DNA of 27,497 bases from an uncultured Syntrophomonadaceae bacterium (GTDB taxonomy: Bacteria; Bacillota; Syntrophomonadia; Syntrophomonadales; Syntrophomonadaceae), in contig CAZYLY010000004.1 in the NCBI GenBank assembly GCA_964648825.1, positions 1 to 27,497 on the forward strand, in the 5' to 3' direction. The notes beneath the pieces were generated by a model, which ran no database searches, was not told the DNA's origin, and worked only from the letters and a program-made list of their open reading frames with translations. A program made the translations under genes and the position numbers. Below are positions 8,637-17,289 of the stretch, one piece after another. Each line of letters begins with the position of its first letter. Positions within the stretch are counted from its first letter, which is position 1.

Positions 8637-9848
8637 ATGTTAGTAGATAAAAATTTAGAAGAAGTCCAAGCACATATTATTAATAATACTCCTAGTTTAG
8701 CTAGTGAATCTATATCAATTTTGCAAGGATGGGGACGGGTTAGTTCTGAGGATATATATGCCGAAAGGAATTTGCCTGATTGTAACCAATCTGCAGTTGA
8801 TGGATATGCAGTGGCTAACATTTTGGAAAACGAAGCCGAAAGCTTTAAGATTACTGGGTATATCAATTTAGGTGAAGTTGCTAAATCACCATTAAAATAT
8901 GGTGAAACTATGGGTGTAGTTACGGGGGGCAATCTGCCGGAGGGAACAGTAGCAGTTATACCCCATGAAAATACTGAGGTTAAAGATAATTTGCTATATC
9001 CTCGGGAAGTCATTAAAAGCGGTAACAATATAAAAGTTGCCGGTGAAGATTATAAAACTGATGATTTGTTACTAGCTCATAATCAAGTATTAGGAGCTGG
9101 TGAAATAAGCTTATTAGCGGCTTTGGGGAAAAAGACGGTTAAAGTTTATGAGAAGCCTAGAGTAGCCATTTTAAGTTTAAGTGACAATGTAGTTTCTTGG
9201 GAGGATACTCCATCGGTGGGATTAATAAGGGATAGCAACGGACCTCTTTTGTCAGCCTTAGTAATGCAGGATGGTGGTATAACTACTGCAATTAAAATTG
9301 CAGCACTGGAAAAAGGCACTCTTAAAGAAATTGCGGTGGAATTATTAAAACAAGCAGATATTTTAATTTTAACGGGAGGCACTTATTCAGAGGGGAAAAA
9401 CGAGGCACTTGATTTAATGAGTGATTTGGGTGCGAAAGCCTTGTATTGGGGCGTACCCATTCAACCAGGCAGCCATACAGGTGCAGCCTTGATTGATTCC
9501 CGTTTAATATTTGCCCTATCTGGAAATCCGGCTTCTTGTGCAGTTGGATATCACCTGTTTGTAACTCCGGCACTTAAGGCTATGCAAGGTTTAGACCCTT
9601 ATTTAAAGAAGGTTAAGGCTACTTGTACCAACGGATTTGCGAAAAAGACTGGTACGAGACGTTTTGTAAGAGGTTTTGCTATTTATGATAATAAGGGGTG
9701 GCAGGTTACGGTACAACCGGGACAGAAACCTAGCATGATTCGTTCCCTTATTAATTGTAATGCACTTATAGATTTACCGCCTAAAAATCCTCCGATAGGA
9801 ATCGGAGAAGAAGTAGATATTATTCTTCTTAATAATGTAATTAAGTAA
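8637..9848 (+). CDS. moeA: Molybdopterin molybdo/tungstotransferase MoeA
   Basis: SAVDGYAV, TGGNLPEG, PRVAILS, IRDSNG, LTGG, QPG, LSGNP and SMIRSLINCNAL motifs typical of MoeA; GGAGG upstream. Confidence 0.9.
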   Translation: MLVDKNLEEVQAHIINNTPSLASESISILQGWGRVSSEDIYAERNLPDCNQSAVDGYAVANILENEAESFKITGYINLGEVAKSPLKYGETMGVVTGGNLPEGTVAVIPHENTEVKDNLLYPREVIKSGNNIKVAGEDYKTDDLLLAHNQVLGAGEISLLAALGKKTVKVYEKPRVAILSLSDNVVSWEDTPSVGLIRDSNGPLLSALVMQDGGITTAIKIAALEKGTLKEIAVELLKQADILILTGGTYSEGKNEALDLMSDLGAKALYWGVPIQPGSHTGAALIDSRLIFALSGNPASCAVGYHLFVTPALKAMQGLDPYLKKVKATCTNGFAKKTGTRRFVRGFAIYDNKGWQVTVQPGQKPSMIRSLINCNALIDLPPKNPPIGIGEEVDIILLNNVIK

Positions 9849-9918
9849 ATTAAGCAATATTTAAGTAGTATAAAGTAAAACCATTAGTGGTTTGGATTAT
9901 TCGGGAGGTGGAAAGATA

Positions 9919-10365
9919 ATGGCAGACTACAAGGAGATTATCAGTACATACCAAGATGTACAAGGCGGCATTATAGAAGCTTATAATGCTATTCAAAAAG
10001 AATACAGTTATATACCTGAAGAGGCAATAGCTGAAGTTGCTAAGGCTTTTAAAGTATCAAAGGCCGAAGCATATGGAGTTGCTACATTTTATTCCTACTT
10101 AAAAGTAGGAAAACGGGGTAAGAATGTAATACGCATTTGCGAAAGTGCTCCTTGTCATATAGCTGGCGCTGATGCAGTAGTGGCTGCTTTGGAAGGTGAG
10201 CTAGGTATTAAAATGGGTGAGTCAACTCCAGACGGCAAGTTTGCGTTGGAATTTACTGAGTGTATAGGTCAATGCCAAGCTACTCCAGTAATAACTATCA
10301 ATCGGAAACCTTATGGAGATGTTACTGCTGAAAAAGTTCCTGGCATATTAGCAGAATATAAATAA
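9919..10365 (+). CDS. NuoE/HydC-like [2Fe-2S] subunit of an NADH-dependent oxidoreductase
   Basis: YGVATFYS, ICESAPCH and ECIGQC; ATG 9919 after GGAGG. Confidence 0.9.
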   Translation: MADYKEIISTYQDVQGGIIEAYNAIQKEYSYIPEEAIAEVAKAFKVSKAEAYGVATFYSYLKVGKRGKNVIRICESAPCHIAGADAVVAALEGELGIKMGESTPDGKFALEFTECIGQCQATPVITINRKPYGDVTAEKVPGILAEYK

Positions 10366-10387
10366 TGAAGGGAAAGGAGGGAAACTG

Positions 10388-11611
10388 ATGGCTGAGGAAA
10401 AACGCATAGTATTACGTAACTATGGCAAAATAGATCCACTTAAAATTGATGATTATATTAATGCCGGTGGTTATAAAGCATTAGAAAAAGCTCGTGCGAT
10501 GGGTCAACAACAGGTTATTGATGAAGTTAAAGGTTCAGGGCTACGCGGACGCGGCGGAGCAGGATTTAACGCTGGAGTTAAATGGGGCTTTAGTTACCAG
10601 ACTCCTGCTGACCAAAAATATGTAGTCTGTAATGCTGACGAAGGCGAACCAGGCACATACAAAGACCGTATAATAATGGAGAATGATCCGCATGCACTTT
10701 TAGAAGGCATGGCCATTTGCGGTTATGCAATCGGGGCTACAATGGGATATATCTACTGTCGTGGCGAATATCCGTATGTAGCTGAAGTGGTACAAACTGC
10801 TATTGACCAAGCTAAAGAAAAAGGCGTATTAGGTGATTTTAATGTTGAAATTCGCTTAGGTGCTGGTGCATATGTATGCGGTGAAGAAACTGCTTTAATT
10901 GAGTCTATTGAAGGACACCGCGGTGAACCTAGATTTAAACCGCCTTACCCAGGTGTGGCAGGATTATGGGGTAAACCGACCGTGGTTAATAATGTAGAAA
11001 CCTTAGTTAATGTTCCGGTAATTATTGAAAAGGGTGCTGATTGGTTTAAATCTATAGGTGCTGCAAATTATCCTGGAACTAAGGTCTTCACCTTAACTGG
11101 GGATGTAGTTAATAAGACCTTCTTCGAACTTCCGACCGATGCCACTATTCGCGATGTTGTTTTCGGCATGGGCGGTGGTATTGCTAATGGCAAGAAGTTT
11201 AAAGCTGTACAAATTGGAGGTACATCTGGTGGTTTCATTCCCGAATCAAAATTAGATACTCCAGTTGACTTTGATTCCATGTCTAAAATCGGTGCTACCT
11301 TAGGATCAGGAGCAGTTTTCGTAATGAATGAGGACGTAGATTTAGTTGATGTTATTGAAAGAATAACTAAATTCTTCGAACACGAATCTTGCGGAAAATG
11401 TACTCCTTGCCGTGAAGGTACTAAGAGAATGCATGAATTAGTACAAAAAATGAATGCTGGGCTAGCAACTGCTAATGATATCGAATTAACTAAAAAACTC
11501 GGTAAAGTTATGACCAGAGCTTGCTTATGCGGCTTAGGTCAAGCAGCTCCTGCGCCTTTCTTAACTACATTGGAAAACTTCACTGCGGAGTTTAATGCTA
11601 AGTTAAGTTAG
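10388..11611 (+). CDS. NuoF/HydB-like FMN/NADH-binding subunit, short form (407 aa)
   Basis: SGLRGRGGAGF, CNADEGEPG, GAGAYVCGEETAL, NNVETL and ESCGKCTPCREG...CLCGLG; no C-terminal 2x[4Fe-4S] domain. Confidence 0.92.
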   Translation: MAEEKRIVLRNYGKIDPLKIDDYINAGGYKALEKARAMGQQQVIDEVKGSGLRGRGGAGFNAGVKWGFSYQTPADQKYVVCNADEGEPGTYKDRIIMENDPHALLEGMAICGYAIGATMGYIYCRGEYPYVAEVVQTAIDQAKEKGVLGDFNVEIRLGAGAYVCGEETALIESIEGHRGEPRFKPPYPGVAGLWGKPTVVNNVETLVNVPVIIEKGADWFKSIGAANYPGTKVFTLTGDVVNKTFFELPTDATIRDVVFGMGGGIANGKKFKAVQIGGTSGGFIPESKLDTPVDFDSMSKIGATLGSGAVFVMNEDVDLVDVIERITKFFEHESCGKCTPCREGTKRMHELVQKMNAGLATANDIELTKKLGKVMTRACLCGLGQAAPAPFLTTLENFTAEFNAKLS

Positions 11612-11640
11612 TACTATGAAATAAGATCTATTGTTGACTA

Positions 11641-11675
11641 AAGCGTGCCTCAGTGTTATCCGGGGGCACGCTTTG
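11641..11675 (+). terminator. Probable intrinsic terminator after the nuoF-like gene
   Basis: AAGCGTGCC...GGCACGCTT GC-rich stem followed by TGTT. Confidence 0.65.
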
Positions 11676-11784
11676 TTACCTATAGCAATTTATATGAAAA
11701 GAGAGTTTTTAAAATAGTAACGATTAAGCTATAATTAGATATAATATAAAAATTAAAAAGCACTATCATAAAGAGGTGACGCTG

Positions 11785-12303
11785 ATGGGGCAAAACCAAT
11801 CATATACTCCTGAAGAAGTAGCGGAAATGCTGAAAATATCTAAATATACTGTTTATGAAATGGTTAAACGCGGAGATTTAGAGGCGTATCGGGTGGGGCG
11901 TAATTTACGCATTCAAGACTCGGATATCGAAGCTTATATTAATAAATCGAAAGCTATAGATAATATGTTCAAAGGATTTATTAATAATCGTAATGGAGAC
12001 AAATTCTTTTCCCTTGGTGATGTTGAAATTAATCTAGTTACAGATCGTGAAGGCGAAGCTAGAATTGCTATTGCTCCTGATGATATTATTTTAGCGCGTG
12101 ATGTTTTAGATAGTAGCGCCAGAAATATTATTAAAGGGGAAATAAAAGAAGTTATAGAAAAAGGCCAGGTAGTGCAAATCTGCCTAGATGCAGGTTTTCC
12201 GCTATATGCAACTATTACCCATAAATCTTATGAAAATATGAACCTTAAAATGGGCGATATAGTGTATGCGATTTTTAAAAGTAGTGCGGTACGGGTAATA
12301 TAA
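11785..12303 (+). CDS. Putative molybdate/tungstate-responsive regulator: excisionase-type HTH fused to an OB/TOBE module
   Basis: N-terminal YTPEEVAEMLKISKYTVYEMVKRGDL...VGRNLRI (HTH_17-like); C-terminal SSARNIIKG...ITHKS...GDIVYAIFKSSAV (Mop/TOBE). ATG 11785 after AGAGGTG. Confidence 0.8.
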   Translation: MGQNQSYTPEEVAEMLKISKYTVYEMVKRGDLEAYRVGRNLRIQDSDIEAYINKSKAIDNMFKGFINNRNGDKFFSLGDVEINLVTDREGEARIAIAPDDIILARDVLDSSARNIIKGEIKEVIEKGQVVQICLDAGFPLYATITHKSYENMNLKMGDIVYAIFKSSAVRVI

Positions 12304-12343
12304 AATATTATTTGCTGCATTAAGGATATTAAAGTAAATAAAA

Positions 12344-12372
12344 TTGATAAAAACCTAAAAAAAAAGTAAAAT
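12344..12372 (+). promoter_or_regulatory. Candidate sigma-A promoter of tatA/B
   Basis: TTGATA-N17-TAAAAT; the spacer contains a run of nine A. Confidence 0.5.
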
Positions 12373-12427
12373 TAGTGGTGTATAACTTTAATATATGATT
12401 GAATAGAATTATGATGGAGGTTTATAA

Positions 12428-12847
12428 ATGCTTGGTTTTATAGGTAATATAGGAACTTGGGAACTAGTCTTTATCTTATTGGTAGCTTTAATCGTAGTTG
12501 GTCCCGGTAAGCTTCCTGAAGTAGCCAGGTCATTTGGGAAAGCTCTTAGTGAATTTAAACGTACTACTTCGGGAGTACAAAAAGAGTTTCAAGATGCTTT
12601 AAAATTTGATGATGAACCAAAATCAAAAGTTGCAAAAACCGAACCGGTTAAAACAGATGAACCTTCTAGCCCAGCAGAAGCAACAGTTACCGAAGCAAAT
12701 TCTGCTAATAACACCCCAGAAGATAATGATACTTCAGTGGGGGAATTAATTGAAATTACTGAATCTACTGAAATAAATGAGCCAATAGCTACCACTGAAG
12801 ATAAACCAGAAACGGAAAATCATACAGAGCATAATCCTTATCAATAA
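12428..12847 (+). CDS. Twin-arginine translocase TatA/TatB family subunit
   Basis: IGTWELVFILLVALIVVGPGKLPEVARSFGKALSEFKR (TM helix, hinge, amphipathic helix) and a long acidic tail; GGAGG RBS. Confidence 0.88.
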   Translation: MLGFIGNIGTWELVFILLVALIVVGPGKLPEVARSFGKALSEFKRTTSGVQKEFQDALKFDDEPKSKVAKTEPVKTDEPSSPAEATVTEANSANNTPEDNDTSVGELIEITESTEINEPIATTEDKPETENHTEHNPYQ

Positions 12848-12858
12848 ACGTAAATATT

Positions 12859-12888
12859 AAACTCTCTTTTGCGGAGGGTTTTTATTTT
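12859..12888 (+). terminator. Intrinsic terminator after tatA/B
   Basis: AAACTCTCT-TTTGC-GGAGGGTTT stem (with G-U pairs) followed by TTATTTT. Confidence 0.65.
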
Positions 12889-13012
12889 ATATAATTTGGT
12901 AAATAGTGCAAAACGGAATACTGCGTTAGTTGAATTATTTATCAATTCGACTTACGCAAGCTTAATTTTCTGGAGTAATTTACACCTTAACTGCAAGGGA
13001 GATGTTTTATAA

Positions 13013-15535
13013 TTGTTTAATGATATGGAATTATTATTAAAGGATAAAATTTTAATCTTAGATGGTGCCATGGGTACTATGTTGCAAAATAGTGGTATGC
13101 AGCCCGGTGAATGTCCAGAATTATATGGAATTAATCATCCTCAAGTATTAGCTGGTATTCATTATGATTACATTGAAGCCGGAGCTGATATTATTCAGAC
13201 TAATACTTTTGGCGGAACTGTGCTTAAATTAAAAGAATACGGTTTAGAAAGCCAAACATATGAAATAAATTATAATGCAGTTAAAATCGCTAAAGATACT
13301 GCTAAAGATAAAGCCCTTGTAGCTGCTTCTATTGGCCCTACCGGAATGCTCCTGGCCCCTTTCGGGGAAGCAAATTTCGATATTTTATTTAATGCTTTTA
13401 GTGAACAAATGATAGCTTGCGAAAAAGCTGGTGCTGACTTAATTTCTATTGAAACTATGACTGATATAGGAGAAATGCGCATTGCCCTGGCAGCCGCTAA
13501 ATATGCTACGCAGCTACCAGTTATTGCCCATATGACCTACGAAAATGACGGACGGACGATGATGGGAACGGATCCGCTTACGGCCTTGCTCATCTTAGAA
13601 GCCTTTCAACCATTAGCTATCGGGGCTAATTGCTCGGGAGGTGCTAAGGAGCTTTTACCCGTAATGGAATTATTAAGCCGTTATACTAGTATTTATTTAT
13701 CTGTAGAACCTAATGCCGGAATTCCAACTTTAATAGATGGGGTTACCGTATTTCCTGATACGCCGGAAGAAATGGGGGAATATGCACTACTGCTAAGGGA
13801 TGCTGGATTAAATATAATTGGAGGTTGTTGTGGAACAACGCCTAAGCATATTCAAGCTATGGCTAATGTTTTACGGGGATTACCGCCTGTTAAAAGGAAT
13901 AACCAACCTCTTCGCGGCTTAGCCTCGCGTACTCAAAATGTACTTATCGGAGATGGTAACCCCTTAGCCTTTATTGGGGAAAGAATTAATCCTACCGCCC
14001 GCAAAAAACTGGCCGAGGATATTAAAAATGGGCAAATGCAAATGGTCATCGACGATGCTAAAAGCCAAGTACATCATGGAGCCCCTATTTTAGATGTAAA
14101 TATGGGTGTTCCTGGTATAGATGAAAAAGCGGCCATGGAAAATGCAGTTATGGTTGTCCAAGGGGCTGTTGATGTGCCTGTAGCTATTGACTCGACTAAT
14201 ATTGAGGCCGTAGAAGCAGGCTTAAAAAGCTTTGTTGGTCGCCCTTTAATAAATTCCACTACTGCTGAAGATAAGAATCTGGATAATCTCCTGCCTTTAG
14301 CAAAAAGATATGGTGCGGCTATATTAGGTTTATGTATTGATGAAAGAGGAATACCAGATACGGCTGAAGAAAGATTAATAGTAGCTCGTAAAATATATCA
14401 CAAGGCTAAAGAGTATGGCTTAAGAGATGAAGATATTTACATAGACAGTTTAGTTAAAACAGCTAGTGCTGAACAAAATCAAGTTATGGAGACGATTAAA
14501 GCCTTAAAAATGATTAAGGAAGAGCTTAAGGTAGGTACAGTTTTAGGTGTAAGCAATGTTTCCCACGGCCTACCGGCTCGTGATATTATTAATTCAACTT
14601 ATTTAGCTTTTGCTTGGGCAGCAGGGCTTGATTTACCCATAATTAACCCCTTAGATGAACGTTTAATGTCAACTACTAAAGCAGCCGCAGTTTTATTAAA
14701 TCGCGATGAGAATTCTATTGATTTTATAAATAATTATGCTGATTACAAGCCGGCATCTAATGCTGGCAGAGTACGCAGCCCCATTTGCCAGCAGTGTAAT
14801 ATCCCCGATTTAGTCGAAAAAGTTACCCAAACTCAAGAAAGTCAACCTTTACCTGTAAATGAAAAAGCAGTAAACTTACTAGAAAATAAAAATATAGGCA
14901 TAGCAGGACAATTGCAAGAAGCTGTTTTTCAGGGCAACAAGGAGTTAACTATAAAACTAATCGAAGCTGCCTTAGCTAATAACATTGCACCATTAGAAAT
15001 TGTAAATACTAGCTTAATTCCTGGTATTGAAGCTGCGGGGGTAGCGTATGATGAGAAAAGATATTTTCTGCCCCAACTAATGATGGCGGCTGATGCAATG
15101 AAAGCGGCTTTCGCTATCGTTAAGCCTTTACTAGCCGAAGATAGTGCGCAAAATGAAGGTGTAATTATTTTAGCAACGGTCGAAGGTGATATTCATGATA
15201 TTGGTAAAAACATAGTAGCAGTCATATTAGAAAACTACGGGTTTAAGATTATAGATTTAGGTAAAGATGTAAATGCAGATGATATAGTAGCTGCGGCTAA
15301 GGAAAATAAGGCAGATATTATCGGTCTAAGTGCTTTAATGACTACTACTATGCCACGGATGCTGGAAGTCGTAGAAAAGGTTAAAGCTAATAATTTAAAT
15401 TGTAAAGTCATGGTAGGAGGAGCAGTTTTAACTTCAGATTATGCTGAAAATATAGGTGCTGATGCTTACTCTTCCGATGCTAGGGATGCAGTTAAGGTGG
15501 CTAAAAAACTATTAGAGTTTAGCAAATACATGTAG
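13013..15535 (+). CDS. metH: Cobalamin-dependent methionine synthase (Hcy-binding, pterin-binding, cap and B12-binding domains; no reactivation domain)
   Basis: ILDGAMGTML, GANCS and GGCCGT (Zn ligands), IGERINPT, LDVNMG, GDIHDIGKNIV (DxHxxG) and SALMTTT. Start at TTG 13013 or ATG 13025. Confidence 0.92.
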   Translation: MFNDMELLLKDKILILDGAMGTMLQNSGMQPGECPELYGINHPQVLAGIHYDYIEAGADIIQTNTFGGTVLKLKEYGLESQTYEINYNAVKIAKDTAKDKALVAASIGPTGMLLAPFGEANFDILFNAFSEQMIACEKAGADLISIETMTDIGEMRIALAAAKYATQLPVIAHMTYENDGRTMMGTDPLTALLILEAFQPLAIGANCSGGAKELLPVMELLSRYTSIYLSVEPNAGIPTLIDGVTVFPDTPEEMGEYALLLRDAGLNIIGGCCGTTPKHIQAMANVLRGLPPVKRNNQPLRGLASRTQNVLIGDGNPLAFIGERINPTARKKLAEDIKNGQMQMVIDDAKSQVHHGAPILDVNMGVPGIDEKAAMENAVMVVQGAVDVPVAIDSTNIEAVEAGLKSFVGRPLINSTTAEDKNLDNLLPLAKRYGAAILGLCIDERGIPDTAEERLIVARKIYHKAKEYGLRDEDIYIDSLVKTASAEQNQVMETIKALKMIKEELKVGTVLGVSNVSHGLPARDIINSTYLAFAWAAGLDLPIINPLDERLMSTTKAAAVLLNRDENSIDFINNYADYKPASNAGRVRSPICQQCNIPDLVEKVTQTQESQPLPVNEKAVNLLENKNIGIAGQLQEAVFQGNKELTIKLIEAALANNIAPLEIVNTSLIPGIEAAGVAYDEKRYFLPQLMMAADAMKAAFAIVKPLLAEDSAQNEGVIILATVEGDIHDIGKNIVAVILENYGFKIIDLGKDVNADDIVAAAKENKADIIGLSALMTTTMPRMLEVVEKVKANNLNCKVMVGGAVLTSDYAENIGADAYSSDARDAVKVAKKLLEFSKYM

Positions 15536-15569
15536 TAAAAGTTTAGCTAAAGATAAGGAGGCAGTAATA

Positions 15570-16487
15570 ATGAGAGTAGTAAATAGCGTATTAGAACTGA
15601 TTGGAAAAACTCCCATTGTCAAACTAAATAGTTTGGCTAGCCCAGGCGAAGCAGATATCTTTGTTAAGCTGGAAAACTTTAATCCTGCTGGAAGTGTTAA
15701 GGACCGCCCCGGTCTTTATATGATTGAAAAAGCCGAAAAAGAGGGCATTATTAATCGGGACTCAATAATCCTGGAAGCTACGAGCGGCAATACTGGTATT
15801 GCCCTAGCAATGGCTGCTAGTGTTAAGGGTTATCCTATAGTGATTGTTATGCCGGAAAATATGAGTGAAGAACGCAAAAAAATACTATATTTACTAGGAG
15901 CGAAGCTAGTTTTAACCCCGGCAGCTAAAGGTATGAAAGGGGCTGTTTTAGAAGCAGAACGCTTGGCGGCCAGTGATTCTAGATATTTTTTAGTTAAGCA
16001 ATTCGAAAATCCAGCGAACCCTGAAAGCCACAGTCTTTCTACGGGAATAGAAATACTTGAACAAATGGGCAATAATTTAGATGCATTTGTATGTGGTGTC
16101 GGAAGCGGAGGTACTATTACCGGAGCTGGACAAGTTTTAAAAAAGGCCTTACCTAATATCTTAATTGTAGCAGTAGAACCGGAAAGCTCTGCAGTATTAA
16201 GCGGGCAGCCTACTGGTTCTCATTTAATTCAAGGAATCGGAGCTGGCTTTGTTCCGCCAGTATTAGATATAAAAATTATTGATAAAATTATAACGGTTAA
16301 AGACGAAGACGCTATTTCAGCAGCCCAAGAATTAGCGCGCAAGGAAGCTATACTTTTAGGTACATCCTCTGGGGCTGCTATTTATGCTGCAAAAACATTA
16401 GCGAAAGAATTAGGAGCAGGGAAAAGAATATTAACTATAGCACCAGATGGTGCCGAAAAATATATTTCTACGGAATTATTTACTTAA
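15570..16487 (+). CDS. cysK: Cysteine synthase (O-acetylserine sulfhydrylase)
   Basis: NPAGSVKDR (PLP Lys), EATSGNTGI, GVGSGGT, IQGIGAGF and GTSSGA. Confidence 0.93.
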   Translation: MRVVNSVLELIGKTPIVKLNSLASPGEADIFVKLENFNPAGSVKDRPGLYMIEKAEKEGIINRDSIILEATSGNTGIALAMAASVKGYPIVIVMPENMSEERKKILYLLGAKLVLTPAAKGMKGAVLEAERLAASDSRYFLVKQFENPANPESHSLSTGIEILEQMGNNLDAFVCGVGSGGTITGAGQVLKKALPNILIVAVEPESSAVLSGQPTGSHLIQGIGAGFVPPVLDIKIIDKIITVKDEDAISAAQELARKEAILLGTSSGAAIYAAKTLAKELGAGKRILTIAPDGAEKYISTELFT

Positions 16488-16500
16488 GGGGGAAATAAAA

Positions 16501-17253
16501 TTGCAGACGGAAGCAGTAGCCAATTATTTGGTTAACTGGCTTAAGGAAAAGGTTAGCGAAGCCGGAGCCGAAGGTATCGTTTATGGTATTAGCGGGGGAA
16601 TAGATTCGGCGGTAGCGGGAGCATTAGTTAAAAGGGCTTTCCCTAGCAAATCCTTAGGCTTAATTCTACCGTGCGAAACTTTATTAGAAGATATTATTCA
16701 CGCCCGTAGGTTTGCAGAAGATTTTAATATTCCCTATAAAATAATTACTTTAGATAATGCTTATAATTTGTTATTAAAATTACTTAACCCCCATTTCCAT
16801 GGTTTACCTAATACACAATTAGCTGCTAGTAATATAAAACCACGCTTAAGAATGATTACTATGTATTACGCTGCCCAGGCTAATAATTATCTAGTATTAG
16901 GCACTACTAATAAAAGTGAACTAAAGGTAGGTTATTCAACTAAGCATGGTGATAGCGGGGTTGATTTGCAACTTTTAGGCGATCTTGTAAAATATGAGGT
17001 TTATGAATTAGCTAGGTATTTAGGGATACCGGAAACCATAATAAATAAGCCTCCTTCAGCCGGTTTGTGGGAAGGACAAACTGATGAAGAAGAAATGGGA
17101 GTTAATTATACCCAACTTGATACTTATGTTGAAACTGGCATAGGTGAGCCAGACGTAATTCATATTATCGAAAACTTAGCGGCTAAAAGTGAACATAAAC
17201 GTAAAATGCCTCCATTTCCGGTAATACCGGTGGCATTAAAAAATAGTAACTAG
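16501..17253 (+). CDS. nadE: NH3-dependent NAD+ synthetase
   Basis: SGGIDSAV, NIKPRLRM, GYSTKHGD, PPSAGLWEGQTDEEEMG and SEHKR; TTG 16501 preferred over 16447, which overlaps cysK. Confidence 0.92.
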   Translation: MQTEAVANYLVNWLKEKVSEAGAEGIVYGISGGIDSAVAGALVKRAFPSKSLGLILPCETLLEDIIHARRFAEDFNIPYKIITLDNAYNLLLKLLNPHFHGLPNTQLAASNIKPRLRMITMYYAAQANNYLVLGTTNKSELKVGYSTKHGDSGVDLQLLGDLVKYEVYELARYLGIPETIINKPPSAGLWEGQTDEEEMGVNYTQLDTYVETGIGEPDVIHIIENLAAKSEHKRKMPPFPVIPVALKNSN

Positions 17254-17289
17254 TATTTAATGAAAAGACTTTTTTAGGGAGGAAATATT

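Noticed and set aside
8609-9028. Antisense ORF of 139 aa and the other short overlapping ORFs in the track (e.g. 4045..4395, 5662..5967, 27303..27488)
   Set aside because: They lie opposite or out of frame within well-supported genes and show no recognisable motifs; treated as shadow ORFs.
11785-12303. Prophage or ICE excisionase marking a mobile element
   Set aside because: The HTH is fused to a TOBE domain, and there is no integrase, att site or phage gene nearby.
12890-13012. SAM-I riboswitch or T-box upstream of metH
   Set aside because: No SAM-I core motifs and no T-box GGTGGNACCGCG sequence could be found.
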